Source: Lama guanicoe
Lineage: Eukaryota
Direction: 5' to 3'
DNA length: 64,000 nt
Assembly: GCA_013239625.1 (NCBI GenBank)
Contig: MU053513.1
Coordinates: 2,530,927-2,594,926 of the forward strand
The notes beneath the pieces were generated by a model. It saw only the letters and a program-made list of their open reading frames with translations. It searched no databases and was not told the DNA's origin. Shown here one piece after another: positions 49,985 to 62,445 of the stretch (position 1 is the stretch's first letter; each line of letters starts with the position of its first letter). A program made the position numbers and the translations under genes.

Positions 49985-51010
49985 TGATTCATTTTCAACA
50001 AATACTCATTGAAAATTTGCTTTCTGTTCAACACTGCGCAAGGCCTAAGAGACAAAGCCTAAACCGTATGTCCCATGTTCCTGACCTCATGGGACTTTCA
50101 TTTATTTTGGTGGATAGGGATGGTGAGATGGAAGATTTATTGTAACAACATGTTTTATATCACAGATGCTATAAACACACGAAACAGGGAGTCAGAATGA
50201 GGAGCGCCTAGGAGAATGAGGGTTACTTTAGAGAATTAGGGAAGAGCTCCCTGAGTGTATGTTGTTTGATCTAAAATCTCACTGATGACAGAAAGGCAGT
50301 CAAACTAATTTGTGGGAGGAAGAAGACTCCAGGCAGAGGGGAGAACACATGCAAAGACCTTGAGACATGATAGAAAACGATGTATTCAAGGACCAGAAAG
50401 GAGGCCTGTGTGATGAGAATATATTAAGTCAGAAAGAGAGAGGAGGAGATGAGGTCAGCAGGAGAGTCAGCCTTCCCTGATGCCTTTACAATGGAACATT
50501 GCTGGTGGGTGGTGTGATTTAATGTAAGCATTGAGATCATTCTGGCTGCAGTGTGGAGAACGGTATTTGGGAGACAAAAAGGAGACAGGAAAAGAGGAGA
50601 TAATGTGCTAGTCTAAGCAAGAGCTAACTGAAGCTCTAGAAGTTGGAGATGGTGAGATGTAGTTAGGTTGGGGTACATGTTGACAGTCAAGTCTCCAGGA
50701 CTTCCGGAAGGACTGAAGGAAGGTCATATTAAAAACAGGAAAATTGTAGATGTCAATTTGGGAGTTTTAGTTTGAACGACTTCTTGGATGGTGGTGCCAT
50801 TTACTGAGATGAGGACCACTGGGAAGAGAGTAAGTTTGAGGGATAAAATCAAGAGTTTAGTTTAAGATATTACATTTGAGGTAGCTTTTCAGACATCCAA
50901 ATAGAATATCTAATAGATGGTCATAAATACATGACTGTAGCTCATGGCAGGGTCAGGACTGGAGACGTAGATTTGGAAATCATGACGACAGTGAAATGGT
51001 GGTGGAGGGG
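49985..51010 (-). mobile_element. Long L2 fragment, possibly extending to ~52200
   Basis: 'attcattttcaacaaatactcattga', 'ccaggcagagggg', 'gatcattctggctgcagtgtggagaa', 'ggatggtggtgccatttactgagatg'. Confidence 0.82.
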
Positions 51011-51539
51011 GTCAATAAATTGGCCATTCCTGTGGGGTCAAGGGGAGCTGGATTGGGAGGACTGGAGCAAAGTGGCTGGAGTGGTAGAAGGGGCATGAGG
51101 AGGGCAGGATGTGGTGGGAGGTTCTATGTGTTCCTGGTGAACATGGTGCCTAAGTTGGGACCATGGGAAGGAGGTACTGAGGTGGAAGGTGGAGGGGAGG
51201 GTGGTTGGCCCTCCCTGGGGATGTCGGAGTGACTTAGAATGACTGCAAGAGCAGAGGTGGAGTTGAAGACAGAGGCTCGGGTGCTGCAGCTGAGAAGCGG
51301 GGATCTCAGTGTTGGTGGGTGGAAGCAACCAGGTAGGAAGGCGAGAAGCAAATGTTGATGACCTGCATGTTAAAGGGTCTGGGAGGAAAGAGAAGACCAG
51401 GTATGGGAGCAGCAAAGTGGAGCAAGCAGGGCACACTCTACCCCCGTGCCCGAGATACAGACCTAGGAGAGATGGGGGGTGCGGAAACCATATTCAGGAG
51501 AGGTGCTAGGAAAGCAGTGTCTTCCAGGGAAATCCTAGG

Positions 51540-51711
51540 TCCAGTTAGAGCAGGAGAATCCTCTTGAGGACTTGTTAAAACACAGATTTCCGGGCCCTAT
51601 GCCCAGAGTTTCAGATTCTGTAAGTCTGGGGTAGGGCCTGGGAATCTGCACTGTAATATGTTCCCGATGGATGCTAACACTAGTCCACAGACCACATCTT
51701 GAGAACCACTG
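51540..51711. mobile_element. MER5A MITE
   Basis: 'cttgttaaaacacagatt...cccagagtttcagattctgtaagtctggggtagggcctgggaatctgca...gaccacatcttgagaaccactg'. Confidence 0.88.
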
Positions 51712-52319
51712 ACTTAGAGCCAGGAAGTGAAGTCAGAGTTCAGAGAAGAGGTTGGGGAGATTGTTGGTCACAGACTGAACATCAGAGGGTAACATGGAAG
51801 TTTTGGAAGAACAGGAGGAGTGTGATAATAAAACGATCAGCTAGGTTACCTGCTGGTGCCTGGAGAAACCAGAGGTGCGAGTGTGAGCGCTCCCAGGATC
51901 AGTCCTCGTTGTCTGCAGAAGGAGGGCAATCAGCGAAAGCTTCGTGGTCCCTGTCAGTAGGCGGCCCCTCACTTCTATCGTGTGCAGAGATGTGCGGATC
52001 TGGAGGACGGCTGGGGGTCTCCTCAGGATCAGCTCAACATCCAGAGCAGCTCCGTGAGTGTGGAGGCGGTGAGGGGGCATCTTACTAGGAATGGGGGAAA
52101 ACATGACCTTCAGGCCACTGCTCTCTCCCCTGCACGGAGCAGATGGCTCAGCAGGAGGGCAAGTCTGGTTGAAGAGCTCGAGGCCGCTGAGGTCACACGG
52201 CTTCAGGAATCGGGTCAGCTGGAGCTGGCGGGATTTAAACATCAAGTCAGCTCAAAAGACAGTGAGCACCAGTTTTGCACAATAAACAGTGGTGGGTACT
52301 GTTGTGGCAGGGCAAGTTT

Positions 52320-52790
52320 TGCCCATTAGGATTTCAAACTCCTGGAGGCCCAGGAAACAGAGGAACTTGTTTTAATCAGGACTTTTTCTCTTGTCAGTCA
52401 CGGGGCATGACACTTTCCAGGCACTGCTGGACCCAGGGGCTCACGCCCTGTCATCTTGGAATCTCTCTCTCACTCTATCTCTCTCTGTCAAACATCTCAA
52501 GTGTGTCGGCTTCATTTACAGAAATATGCTCTCTGTCTGGTGGCAATCAGCAGCCGAGACTCACATCTTCCCACTGAGAAAACCAGCAGAAAGAAACTTT
52601 CTGTTTCCTGAGTCCCTCATAAATTGAAGTGACATATCACTTGTACTGAATCACTGGCCAGTGGGATAGATGCTCTGATTTGACCTTATGTCATGCCCAA
52701 AGGAGGGGATGAATGGAGTTCTCCATCAGTTCCACCTCAGCCACACGCACTGAAAGCGAAAGAAACTGATTTCCTAAAAAAAATTAAGGT
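52320..52790 (-). mobile_element. Old MaLR LTR fragment (MLT1K-like)
   Basis: 'tgaatcactggccagtgggatagatgctctgatttgacc...gtcatgccc'. Confidence 0.45.
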
Positions 52791-53068
52791 ATGTTAGGAT
52801 AAAAAAGATAACAAAAAGTGTATTGAATGCTTGCTCTTCCTAAGGTGTGGTGCTGGGTGTGCATCACCTGATTTGATGTCCACAAAGCCTGGTCAGAACA
52901 GTCCTGTTCTTGTCCCCATGTTGCTGAGTCACTGAGAGCTGAGGTCCGTCCATAGGTTTCTATGGCTTGTGAGCGGCGGGGCGGAACCTGGAATGAGTAT
53001 TGGGTGGGGAGCAGGAGCAAAAGAGGGCACTATTCGGTGGGGGTTCTGGTTGAGGAGCCCGGGAAAAG

Positions 53069-53082
53069 CCACCTGGGGGCGG
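53069..53082 (+). promoter_or_regulatory. CTCF-like motif in a locally CpG-retaining patch
   Basis: CCACCTGGGGGCGG matches CCASYAGRKGGCRS at 13/14. Confidence 0.4.
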
Positions 53083-55107
53083 ACGGAAGGTGTGGGGCCC
53101 CCAGATGAGGCAGGACAGTGCTGGGTGGACGTGGTGGGGGGGTGCATGCTCAGCATCAGGGCGGGCAGGTGAACAGTGACACAGCCCTGCCAGACAGCAG
53201 GGCGCTTCAGGATGGGAAGAGGGTGGCAAAACGAAGTGCCGCAGAACTCAGAAAACTTCAAATAAGAGACGATGGACTTAACGAGGCTTTACTGCACTAA
53301 GCCGTTGTTGTCACCACTGCTTACTCCCTCCGCAAACAAGTCAAAGCTGAGGTGGCTCAAGTGTTGAAGGGGAGACGATTGGAGTCACAAGGATTATTGG
53401 TACTTCATTGACATATTTGTGCCAATAGCCACACATTTCCCATTCACTTCGTGAATCTGCTCCGTGTGTTTGCTGACCCCCCCTCCCTTTATCTCCATCG
53501 GCAGAGTTGTGCATAATTATACTGAACTTGAGGGGAAAACTTGAGATGATGATTCCGACTTCAGCCGGAAGAATGTTTGTTTTGCTATCTCACACAACGT
53601 TTTTAAGTAAGGTTTTGGGGGTGAGAAATTGACAAAGAATTTTCAGCAATTGTGAGGTTCACAAAACCGTGCGCTGTTTCTTTGGCTCATGTCCTGATGG
53701 GAAGACCCACCAGGACCGGGTGATCAGGTCGACGCGACAGATTTCAGGCTGCCCTTGAGAGGAGCCCTCCCCTCCTCCGTGCAGATTTCCCTCTCTTTAC
53801 TTGCCTTCAATTGATCATAACAGCGGCAATAAAACCCACTTCACCTTAATAAAACGAATCAGAGAGGCTCATGCTATATATCCCAACCTCACTTGCCCGA
53901 GTGCTGATTATTGATCTGAAAACATGCTATGCCTTATTCTAGTAATGTTTAGCTGTATTTCCCAATTCAAGTTTCGATGACAGCCACCATTGTGGCAATG
54001 GAATTGCCCTAGCAGAAAGATGTGATGGCGGACAGGTCAGAAAATCTATTTTGGGTCAACAGTTTGTCATAATGAAAATTGCAGATGCCCAAGCGTGTTC
54101 GCTGAGCAGTTAGCAGTTAGCAGATAGAGCAATGCTTTTGCCTCGATATATCATATACATAGGACTTGCTGACTCTCATCGATAAACTCAATTTCTTCAG
54201 AATAGCTGATAATTATGGCATTAAAATTGATTTTGCATAACCAACAGCCACATAACCAAAGCTGACTTGGCTGTCATTGCTGCAGAAGGGAAAATGACAG
54301 TGGTTGCTGCTGAATGCCGTGTCCCCCGGAAGAACTGTTAAGGAAGATGAAACCCCAAAGCATCTAATTCTTTCCAGACGAGCTGCTTTGCCAGCTTCTC
54401 ATTGTGGACTGAGAAGTAAATATCTGGGAAGCGACAGAAAAATGATACCAGGGCCATGGCTACCTAAATTTTCATTCCATGATTTCCATCCTCTTCAAAC
54501 CACAGAGCTCGTAGGTTGATGAGGTCACTTCGCCAAGGGCAAGGACCTCAGAGCTGTTCCAAGAGGGGACCGTCGAGCTGTGTGTTCGGCCTCTCATTTT
54601 ACTGTGAACAACAAACACTGTAATAGTCCGTTCTATTCTGTCAGGGTGTACTGAGTATCCACCCATGTCAGGCTCTCTGCCAGGGGCCACAGGTTCGTGT
54701 GATTTGTATACACCTTGATTCTGTTTGTGTTTGGAAGTGCCACGGGGATGTTTCCTGGGGTAGGCATTTCACTGTCAGCTACATTTCTGCTCGACTCCGT
54801 GGCTGTCATGGTGTGTTATTGTCTCACACAATGGTCTCACACAAACCACAAGCTAAAGGGAGCGACTTAAGGGTTGAAATTCCAGGTAGCCTGCAAGCGG
54901 GGAGGTGTGGCGGGGCTCTGTCGAGGTGGCCGGTCCACACTCTGCACCGCTGGGCACAGTCAGTGCAAACATTGGAAAGCACCAGGAACTGACCTGGTAA
55001 TCCCAGGCAAGTGCACGATAAGTGAAGAGCTTTTAGAAATTATAAACATCTTACCAAAAACAAGATAAAAGTGTTTGTAATCACTTAGAAACAACCAGTT
55101 ATTATTA

Positions 55108-55135
55108 TTTTTCTTTCTCTCTTTCTTTCTTTCTC

Positions 55136-55171
<36 letters not shown>

Positions 55172-55195
55172 TACTTTCTTTCTTCTTTCTTTCTA
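55108..55195. repeat. (TTTC)n microsatellite derived from a SINE tail
   Basis: ctttctttctttct... run adjoining the SINE tail. Confidence 0.92.
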
Positions 55196-55329
55196 TTGTT
55201 TTTGTTTTGGGGGGTAGGTAATGAGGTTTATTTATTTACTTATTTATTTTAATGGAGGTGCTGGGGATTGAATCCAGGACCTCATGCATGCTAAGCATGT
55301 GCTCTACCACTGAGCTACACCCTCCCCCC
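55108..55329 (-). mobile_element. Vic-1-type SINE
   Basis: 'ggaggtgctggggattgaatccaggacctcatgcatgctaagcatgtgctctaccactgagctacaccctcccc'. Confidence 0.93.
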
Positions 55330-55334
55330 TTGCC

Positions 55335-55545
55335 TTTCTTTATTTTTGCCATTGTAGGGTTTTTTTTTGGAGGGGGTGATTACATTTATTTATTTATTAT
55401 TAATGTAATATAATATAATTATTAACTTGCTTATTGGTTTGTTTATTTGTTTATTTACTTATTACTAATGGAAATACTGGGGATTGAACCCAGGACCTCG
55501 TGCACGCTAGGCATGCACTCTACCACTGAGCTAAACCCTCCCCCC
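55335..55545 (-). mobile_element. Vic-1-type SINE, tandem with the previous copy
   Basis: 'ggaaatactggggattgaacccaggacctcgtgcacgctaggcatgcactctaccactgagctaaaccctcccc'. Confidence 0.93.
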
Positions 55546-55674
55546 TTGTTGCTACTTTAATATTTACTCTGTAACAGACATACAGAAGCACATGTACACG
55601 TACGCATACTTACAAAAAAGGCAGATGGACCTATTTTATACCTTATTTTTCCCATTAAAAAGGTAGTAAGGGAT

Positions 55675-56366
55675 ATATTCATTTATTTGATGTGTATTTA
55701 TCAAGTACCTATTATGTGCCAGGCACTGTTCTGGGCACAGAGATTTGTAAAGACAAGAGGCAAATTCCAGACTTTGTGGGAGATTCACTCTAGCCATGGC
55801 ATAAAGAGAACAGAAAATAAAGAGAGAAAATATAATGACCACAGATCAGGCTGATGTGATAGATGGAGCTTGGAGGATGCTTTTGTTTGGCTAGGCAGAG
55901 GGGGCCTCCTTCAGAAAACGACGTTAAATAGTGAAATGAATGACAAATGGAGTTGGCCATAGGAAGATTTGGGGAAGAGGGTAGAGAGACCAGCTCGTGC
56001 AAGGGTTTAACGAGGAACCTGGCTTGGCCGGCTGGAGGAACAAAGGGAAGGTCCCTGTGGCTGGAGTGGATGAAGGAGGGAAGACAAACTAGAAATGAGG
56101 ATGGAGAGTGAGGTGGGGATCAGCTCTTGTCTACAGTTTTTTCTCTGTGTGATCAATACCATTGGAGAATTTTGAACAGGAGAGTGACATAAATGGGCTT
56201 GTATTAAAAAACCAAACACAACCATGCCCCAAACCCCCAACCCCAAAACCCTCCAGATGTCAAGTGAGAACAGACTGAGGAGAGGAGGTGGGCAAGACTG
56301 TAACTAGGGATGGCGCTTAAGAGGTCATTAAAGTGGTCCTGGAGAAAGATGATGATGGCTTGAACC
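55675..56366 (-). mobile_element. L2 3' fragment
   Basis: 'tatttatcaagtacctattatgtgccaggcactgttctggg...ttttgaacaggagagtgacat'. Confidence 0.82.
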
Positions 56367-57065
56367 GGGAGTTCAAGCCATTACCCTACAGGAAGTTCAT
56401 TCATAGCACCTAGTGGAATTAACTTATTCCAAGGTAAGTAATGTATGGGCAGAACCCAGCAATAGACTCTTGGGAAGAAGAAGACATGTGAATCTTTGAA
56501 TATTTTAACCAGGAACAAGAAAACACTTTAACCCTGTGCACCACTAGCAGGGTTGACCTCAGAGAGAGAGAGAGAGAAATGAAAAAGACAATGTGAGCAG
56601 AAAACAAGGAAGAGAATGAAAGGAAATTACCCAGAAGAGAAATTAGAAAACTAGATATCAAGTGGTTGTGAGTGGTAATGCTATTAAAAATTTCTACTCA
56701 TTGGCACTTGTGATAAAACCATCTACCGCCTCCAACCTTGTGCCATTAGTAAAATTGGCTAATTGTTAGGAATTTGCAAAGAAGGATGAAATCCAGTGAG
56801 TTATTCACAGTTATAAGGACTCTGTTGCCTGAACTGTGGTGGCATCTTATTAAAATATGAAACTAATTTGCATAGGGTCTCAGGCAGGAGCAGATACTCA
56901 GAGTAACAAGGTGTCATCTCAAAATCGCAAAATCACTTTCCTGATAATTATACGTAAAGAGCTTCATCTAGGCTCTCTTCCATGCCCTTAACTCCCAGTT
57001 GAAGCCAATTATAAGTAAAGAACCTGACTTTCATGCTTTCTCATAGTTTATCCCCACACTCTTTC

Positions 57066-57252
57066 TTCTTTTTTTCTTAAATTCAAGTGCAGTCAGTTTA
57101 CACCATTGTGTCAATTTCTGGTGTACAGCATAATGTTTCAGTCATACACATACATGCATATATTCCTTTTCGTATCCTTTTTTGTTATAGGTTACTACAA
57201 GATATTAAATATAGTTCCCTGTGCTATACAGTAGAAACTTGTTTATCTACTT
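57066..57252 (-). mobile_element. Young L1 3'UTR, 5'-truncated
   Basis: 'gtgtcaatttctggtgtacagcataatgtttcagtcatacac...atagttccctgtgctatacagtag', with near-duplicate flanks cacact(ct)ttcttct. Confidence 0.9.
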
Positions 57253-57519
57253 CACACTTTCTTCTAATCACTCCCTTTCTCTCTTCCCTTATGTTGTTGG
57301 CTAGTATCCTTCTCCAGGGTAGAAGCATGAAAGAGCAAAAGAGAGAGGTTTAGAATCCAAATGACTACTTCCTCACTCAGATATCTTCTAGGTGGGCAGT
57401 GCATGGGAATAATGTTTTACGTGAAGTATCTGGGCAGTAACTGGGAAAGTCCTATATTCACAGAATAATTGTTTAATATAAAGAAGAACAGGAGTTGTAG
57501 ACAGAGCAGGCACTTGGGT

Positions 57520-57700
57520 GCCAGGGAGATAATGGTTTGAATCCTGGGTCTGATATCTGTTCTGTGCCCTTGTCAGTTTGTGTAAACTCTCTTGTGGCCT
57601 TGGCTTGGTCATCTGCAAGTTGGAGATGGGATTGCCTGTCTTGCAGAGCCGTTGCGAAGAATAGATACGATCATTGTGAAAAGTGCCCCACACCCAATGG
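57520..57700 (+). mobile_element. MIR SINE
   Basis: 'ggtttgaatcctgggtctg...catctgcaagttggagat...tgtgaaaagtgcc'. Confidence 0.6.
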
Positions 57701-58179
57701 ACCATCCTGGTCTGCTTGTCGCTTCCTGTTGCTTGGGCACATATCAGGTCTAGCTTCCCTTCCTGGCAGCCTCTTTCTCTGTGGACACATCCGCAGATGT
57801 GTAGACAAAACACTTCCTTGCCTCTCACTCAGTTGCCGCCTGTCCTCCTGCCCATTGAATCCTGTTGCCGTTCTTTGGTGGATGAAACTTTGGGATTTCA
57901 AGCTGTCAGCTCACTGGGCCACAGTTTGGATCTGTCAACTTGGTTATGGGCCATCTAGTATGTAAATAATGACATCTCTTAAAATATCTTTAATCCTTCA
58001 TCTTGATGGATGACTGTGTTTCACATTTGTCCTTTGAGTAAGGAGAAGGAAACTCATAGTTCTCCTAGGTGACAGGGTAATTACACATCAAGACTATGCT
58101 GAGATGGACAGAATTTTTTGAAATCCCGCCCCTCCTACTGATGGTGCTAAGAGAAGGAAGGTGCACTCAAAAAAAAAAA

Positions 58180-58904
58180 TTTTAATATAATTTTTAAAGC
58201 TTACTTTACATTTAAAGTTACTACAAAATATTGGCTATATTTCCCATGTTGTACAATACACCCCTGAACCTGTCTTACATCCAATAATTTGTACCTCCCA
58301 CTCCCCTGCCACCGTAATTCCTTCCCTTCCACTAATAACCGCTAGTTTTTTCTCTGTGAGTCTGCTTCTTTTTTGTTATGTTCACTAGTTTCTTGTGTTT
58401 TTTAGATTCCACGTATAAGTGATATCATACAGTATTTTTCTTTCTCTATCTGGATTATTTCATTTAGCATAGTGCCCTCCAAGTGCATCCATGTTGCTGC
58501 AAATAGCAAAATTTTGTTCTTTTTTATGGCTGAGTAGTATTTCTGTGTGTGTGCGTGTGTGTGTGTGTGTGTGTGTGCATGCCACATCTTCTTTATCCAT
58601 ACATCTATCAAAGGATGCTTAGGTTGCTTCCATATCTTGGTGATTGTAAATAACTTTGCCATGAATATTGGGGTGCATGTATCTTTTCAAATTAGTGTTT
58701 TTGGTTTTTTGGATATATACGCAGGAGTGGAATTGCTGGGTCATATAGTGATCCTATTTTTAGTTTTTTGAGAAACCTGCATACTGTTTTCCACAGCAGT
58801 TGTACCAATTTACATTCCCACCAATGGTGTACAAGGGTTCCCTTTTCTCTGCATCCTCACCAACAGTTGTTATTTGTGGACTTTTTGATGACAGCCATTC
58901 TGAC
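58180..58904 (-). mobile_element. L1 3' portion (ORF2 C-terminus plus 3'UTR) with TSD
   Basis: ORF 58402..58662(-) 'LFTITKIWKQPKHPLIDVWIKKMW...YYSAIKKNKILLFAATWMHLEGTMLNEI'. aggtgcact is duplicated at 58159-58167 and 58905-58913, next to a TT/AAAA endonuclease site. Confidence 0.93.
58544..58577. repeat. (TG)n microsatellite inside the L1
   Basis: tgtgtgtgtgcgtgtgtgtg... seen directly. Confidence 0.95.
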
Positions 58905-59269
58905 AGGTGCACTTTTAATTACACTTAACACTGGAGTATTGGGACAGTGAAAAGCTGTTACGGACTCAGCTCAGAAGTGGAGTCAGGGGAGATGCCTTGA
59001 CTTCAGCACCAGGCTGAGCAAAGCCAGTTTGATGGCACCTGGAACTGAATTCATGCCCCATGTGTCCAGAAAGCCACACAGCTAGCGAAGGAGATCTGGT
59101 TCATGATCTTGGTTCCGTTCCTTTGTTTCTTCTCAGCGTAATCTGATTTTAGTGAAATGATTCTCAGCCGCCTAACGCTACATGCTGAGAAGTAAGTTGG
59201 CTTTAAAACACCCCACAGAAAGGACCATCCAGGTTAATTGGATGAAGCCATGTAGTGAAATAATATGTA

Positions 59270-60500
59270 ATAGTGAAAGCTAGCATTCACTGAGCACTTA
59301 CTTTGTGCCAAGTACAAGTATGTGCCGTGCACGAATCCTCTCAACCTGTTTCCCCATTTTACAGTTGAGTAAACTGATGCACCAAATGATTAAATGGCCT
59401 CCAAGGTTACAAAGGAACTGACTTGAAACTGAACCTAGGCAGCCTAACTCCAAAATCTGTGCCCTTAGCCACAGTGCTGTGTTGCCCAGTATAGACCCAC
59501 ACGCACAGCAGAAGCCCCGCAGACCCGGGGACGGGAGATCCAGGCGTCAGTGCTGCGTTGCGCTGGCTGTGTGCTCGCAGGCACAGCCCTGCCATTCTCT
59601 GGTATTTTGTTATAACAATGATAATACTGCTTTCCCAATCTCAGAGGACAAATAACCCTATAATTTATTAATTTATTAATATACTATGTTCCAGGTATTT
59701 TATATACAGTTTAAATATTCCTTTAAGGACTAAAAGAGAGGACCAATTATCCCCGATTTGTGGCTTCAATTTTTGAATCACATGCCCAAGACCTGTTGGG
59801 TGTAAAGCTATCTGTATGCAAAGCCTACACTTTTTCTAGGGAGTGTAAATTTAAAGTGTAAACCTGAATACGAGACTCTGATGCCTAGAAGATCAGAGTC
59901 TGCACATGCCCGGTATGTCCCTCTTGCCAGCCGGCCAGCTGTCCTCTGCCCCCGTCTCACCGCTGCTGCTCCTTCTCCTTGTCTCTTCTTTTGTACCATT
60001 TAGTGATTGCTCACTACATGCCCGGAGCTATGCAGCGTGCTTTCCCTCTTTTCGATACTTAGAATAACTCTATAAAGTAGGATTTTAGGATTCTTTTCAA
60101 GCATGTTCACTTGTGGATACACAGCGGAAGAAAGGAAGGAATAATTAAGAGCAAGAAGCAGCGTTTGATTGCGCACGTCCTCTGTGCCAGGCAGCAGCCT
60201 TAGAATTTTATGTAGGGACCAATGTTCTCCCCTTTCTAAAGATGAGAAAACTGAGGTTCAGGAAGATTAACACCAAGCCTGTATCAGGTAGTCTGACCCC
60301 AGATCCAATCGTCTCAGCTGTGTGTCATTCTCAAGTTGCCGCCTCGGAGTAGACAGTTTAATTCTCATTTGCTGATGAGGAGACTGACGCTCAGGGACAT
60401 TGCCGTATGACACACACCCATGTGTCAGAGCTGTGATTCAGACTGAGCTTCCCTGCCTTTGAGAGGCCATCATTTTGGTACTGAACCATGTTGCTTCACT
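59270..60500 (-). mobile_element. Cluster of about five MIR fragments
   Basis: e.g. 'gcattcactgagcacttactttgtgccaag...cccattttacagttgagtaaactga', 'gatgagaaaactgaggttcag', 'gatgaggagactgacgctcagg'. Confidence 0.7.
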
Positions 60501-60914
60501 TGCCTGTCCTTTAGTCAGTGAGGCCAGTGTTGTGTCCAGAATGTCAGCTTGAAAGGCTCTCTGTGACATTTGAAGCCACATTTAAATAAATCTTCTGAAT
60601 GTGACCCTAAGACCTAGACGATGTCCCTTTGCTTTTGCTACCACCTCAGCTCTATAACTCTGGAGGCAGAAAAAGCTGTGGGATAGAGCAACCCACTGGG
60701 TACCAGACTGAGATGGAGCGATAGGATGCAGGACCCCTGCGCCATTGGTGCAAATGGTCCCCAAGACCTGTGGCTATGCCTTAAATGGAGTGTGATCACC
60801 AGTGAGTGTGTGAGAGATAGTTGAACACACCCCTAAACAAAAGAGCTTTCCCTGCTGCCAGGGGGGATGGCCTCATCCTGTGGCGTCTCAAACAAAATAC
60901 CTTTCTAAAACAGT

Positions 60915-61331
60915 TAACCACCCCAAAATGTAGGAGCATAAAGCACCAATTTTATTTAGCTTACAGTTCTGTGGGTAATTTGGACAGGGCTCAGCTGGGT
61001 GGTCTTCTGCTCTGGGTAGGGCTTGCCTATTTTCAGTTGGCCCCTTCAGACGTCTGGGGCCTCAGCTGGGAGTGCTGGACCCTCTGGGGCCCTCCTTCAA
61101 AAGGCCTCCCGTCCTAGAGCAAGCTAGCTCGAGCTTGCTCGTGTGGAGATGGAACAGCTCCCAGCCCGAGAGCAGAAGCTGCAAGGCCACTGGAGGCCCC
61201 GAAACTTCAACAAGGTCATTTCTCATACATGCTATTCATGAAAACAAGTTCTAAAGTCAACTAATATTCATGGGGTGACGAAGGAGATTCTACTTCAATG
61301 GCTATGTGGCCGTATTTGCGATCCTTCCATA
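60915..61331 (-). mobile_element. MLT1H-like MaLR LTR
   Basis: 'aaccaccccaaaatgtag...gcttacagttctgtgggt...ggacagggctcagctgggtgg...gtggccgtatttgcgatccttccata'. Confidence 0.75.
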
Positions 61332-61479
61332 TGGCAGTTTCCCAATTCTTTCCTGCTCATCAGTCACCACAAATCTCATCTATTTTGGGGATTCAATCTC
61401 ACATGAAGACTTCCCAGTTACACAGACTATTTCCATTCCCTTCTGGCTATGGTAAATAATTTAAATCATAATTAGATAT

Positions 61480-62000
61480 TATCTTTTATAGTTCTTTATG
61501 TTGAATTATTTTGTTCGAAGTGAATATTGCCACTACTGCTTTCCTCTTGCTGGCATGCGCCTCACAGAGCTTTGTTCGTCCCTTTATTTTCAGCATTTCT
61601 ATGCCGTTTGATTTGAGGTATGTCTCTCATAAATAGCACCTATCAGAATTCTGGTATCTCACCTAATCTCAGAATCTTTTAATAAGGATAAGTGACGCAT
61701 TTGGATTCATTATAATTCTTTTTTATCTCTATCTAGATTGCTTTTCTTTTGCTTTGCTTTTTAACTCAGGAGTTTTGAAGTCATATATTGTATCTCTCTC
61801 CTTCTAGGGGTTAATTTATGTTTTCTTGCATATATTTAATCTCCATACACCTCTCTAGTCTGCTGGAGAGGTGCTTTTACCACCCACCCAGCCTCTCCCT
61901 GCCTTATTGAAATAACTTGGGATTTAGTTCTATAGGTGTTTGTCCCCATTGATCCTGTATTCTCCTTAGAAACCAATTATTGAAAGTTATCTTAATTTTC
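61480..62000 (-). mobile_element. Old L1 fragment
   Basis: 'aatattgccactactgctttcc...ccctttattttcagc...ttgaggtatgtctctcataaatagca'. Confidence 0.65.
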
Positions 62001-62129
62001 ACCATATGCAACAGTAAGAAAAAACTGGTAAGACAAAAAATCTTATATGTATAGATACACTACTCAAAGTTCAAATTCTTATAGTTGGGAAATTTGCTAT
62101 TTTAGTGTATTTTTCTGTTCATGTCTGTA

Positions 62130-62445
62130 ATTAATGTTACCAAGATATGGTTCATAAGTAATAAAATTCACCAATTTTAAGTACAAGGCAATAAATTTTT
62201 TTAAATTGAAGTATAGTTGATTTACAATTTATATTCTTTCCAGGTGTATGGCATAGTGATTCAGTATTTTTGCAGATTATACTCCATTATAAGTTATTAC
62301 AAGATAATGGCTATGATTCCCTGTGCTAAGCAATATATCCTCATTGCTTATCTATTTTATATCTGCTAATCCCTTACCCCTAATTTGTAATGCAGGAAGT
62401 TTTCAAAATACAAATAGTTGTGTAACCACAACCAAAATCAAGATG
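62130..62445 (-). mobile_element. Young L1 3' end (~62195-62385) nested in an older L1MB-like 3' end
   Basis: 'aattgaagtatagttgatttacaa...attccctgtgcta' lies inside 'aataaaattcaccaattttaagtaca...gttgtgtaaccacaaccaaaatcaagat'. Confidence 0.8.

Noticed and set aside
59002..59022. TTCAGCACC RE1 half-site (also at 34668)
   Set aside because: The GGACAG right half is absent.
61117..61140. 9-bp hairpin gagcaagct/agcttgctc
   Set aside because: Inside an MLT1 LTR and short enough to arise by drift from the consensus.
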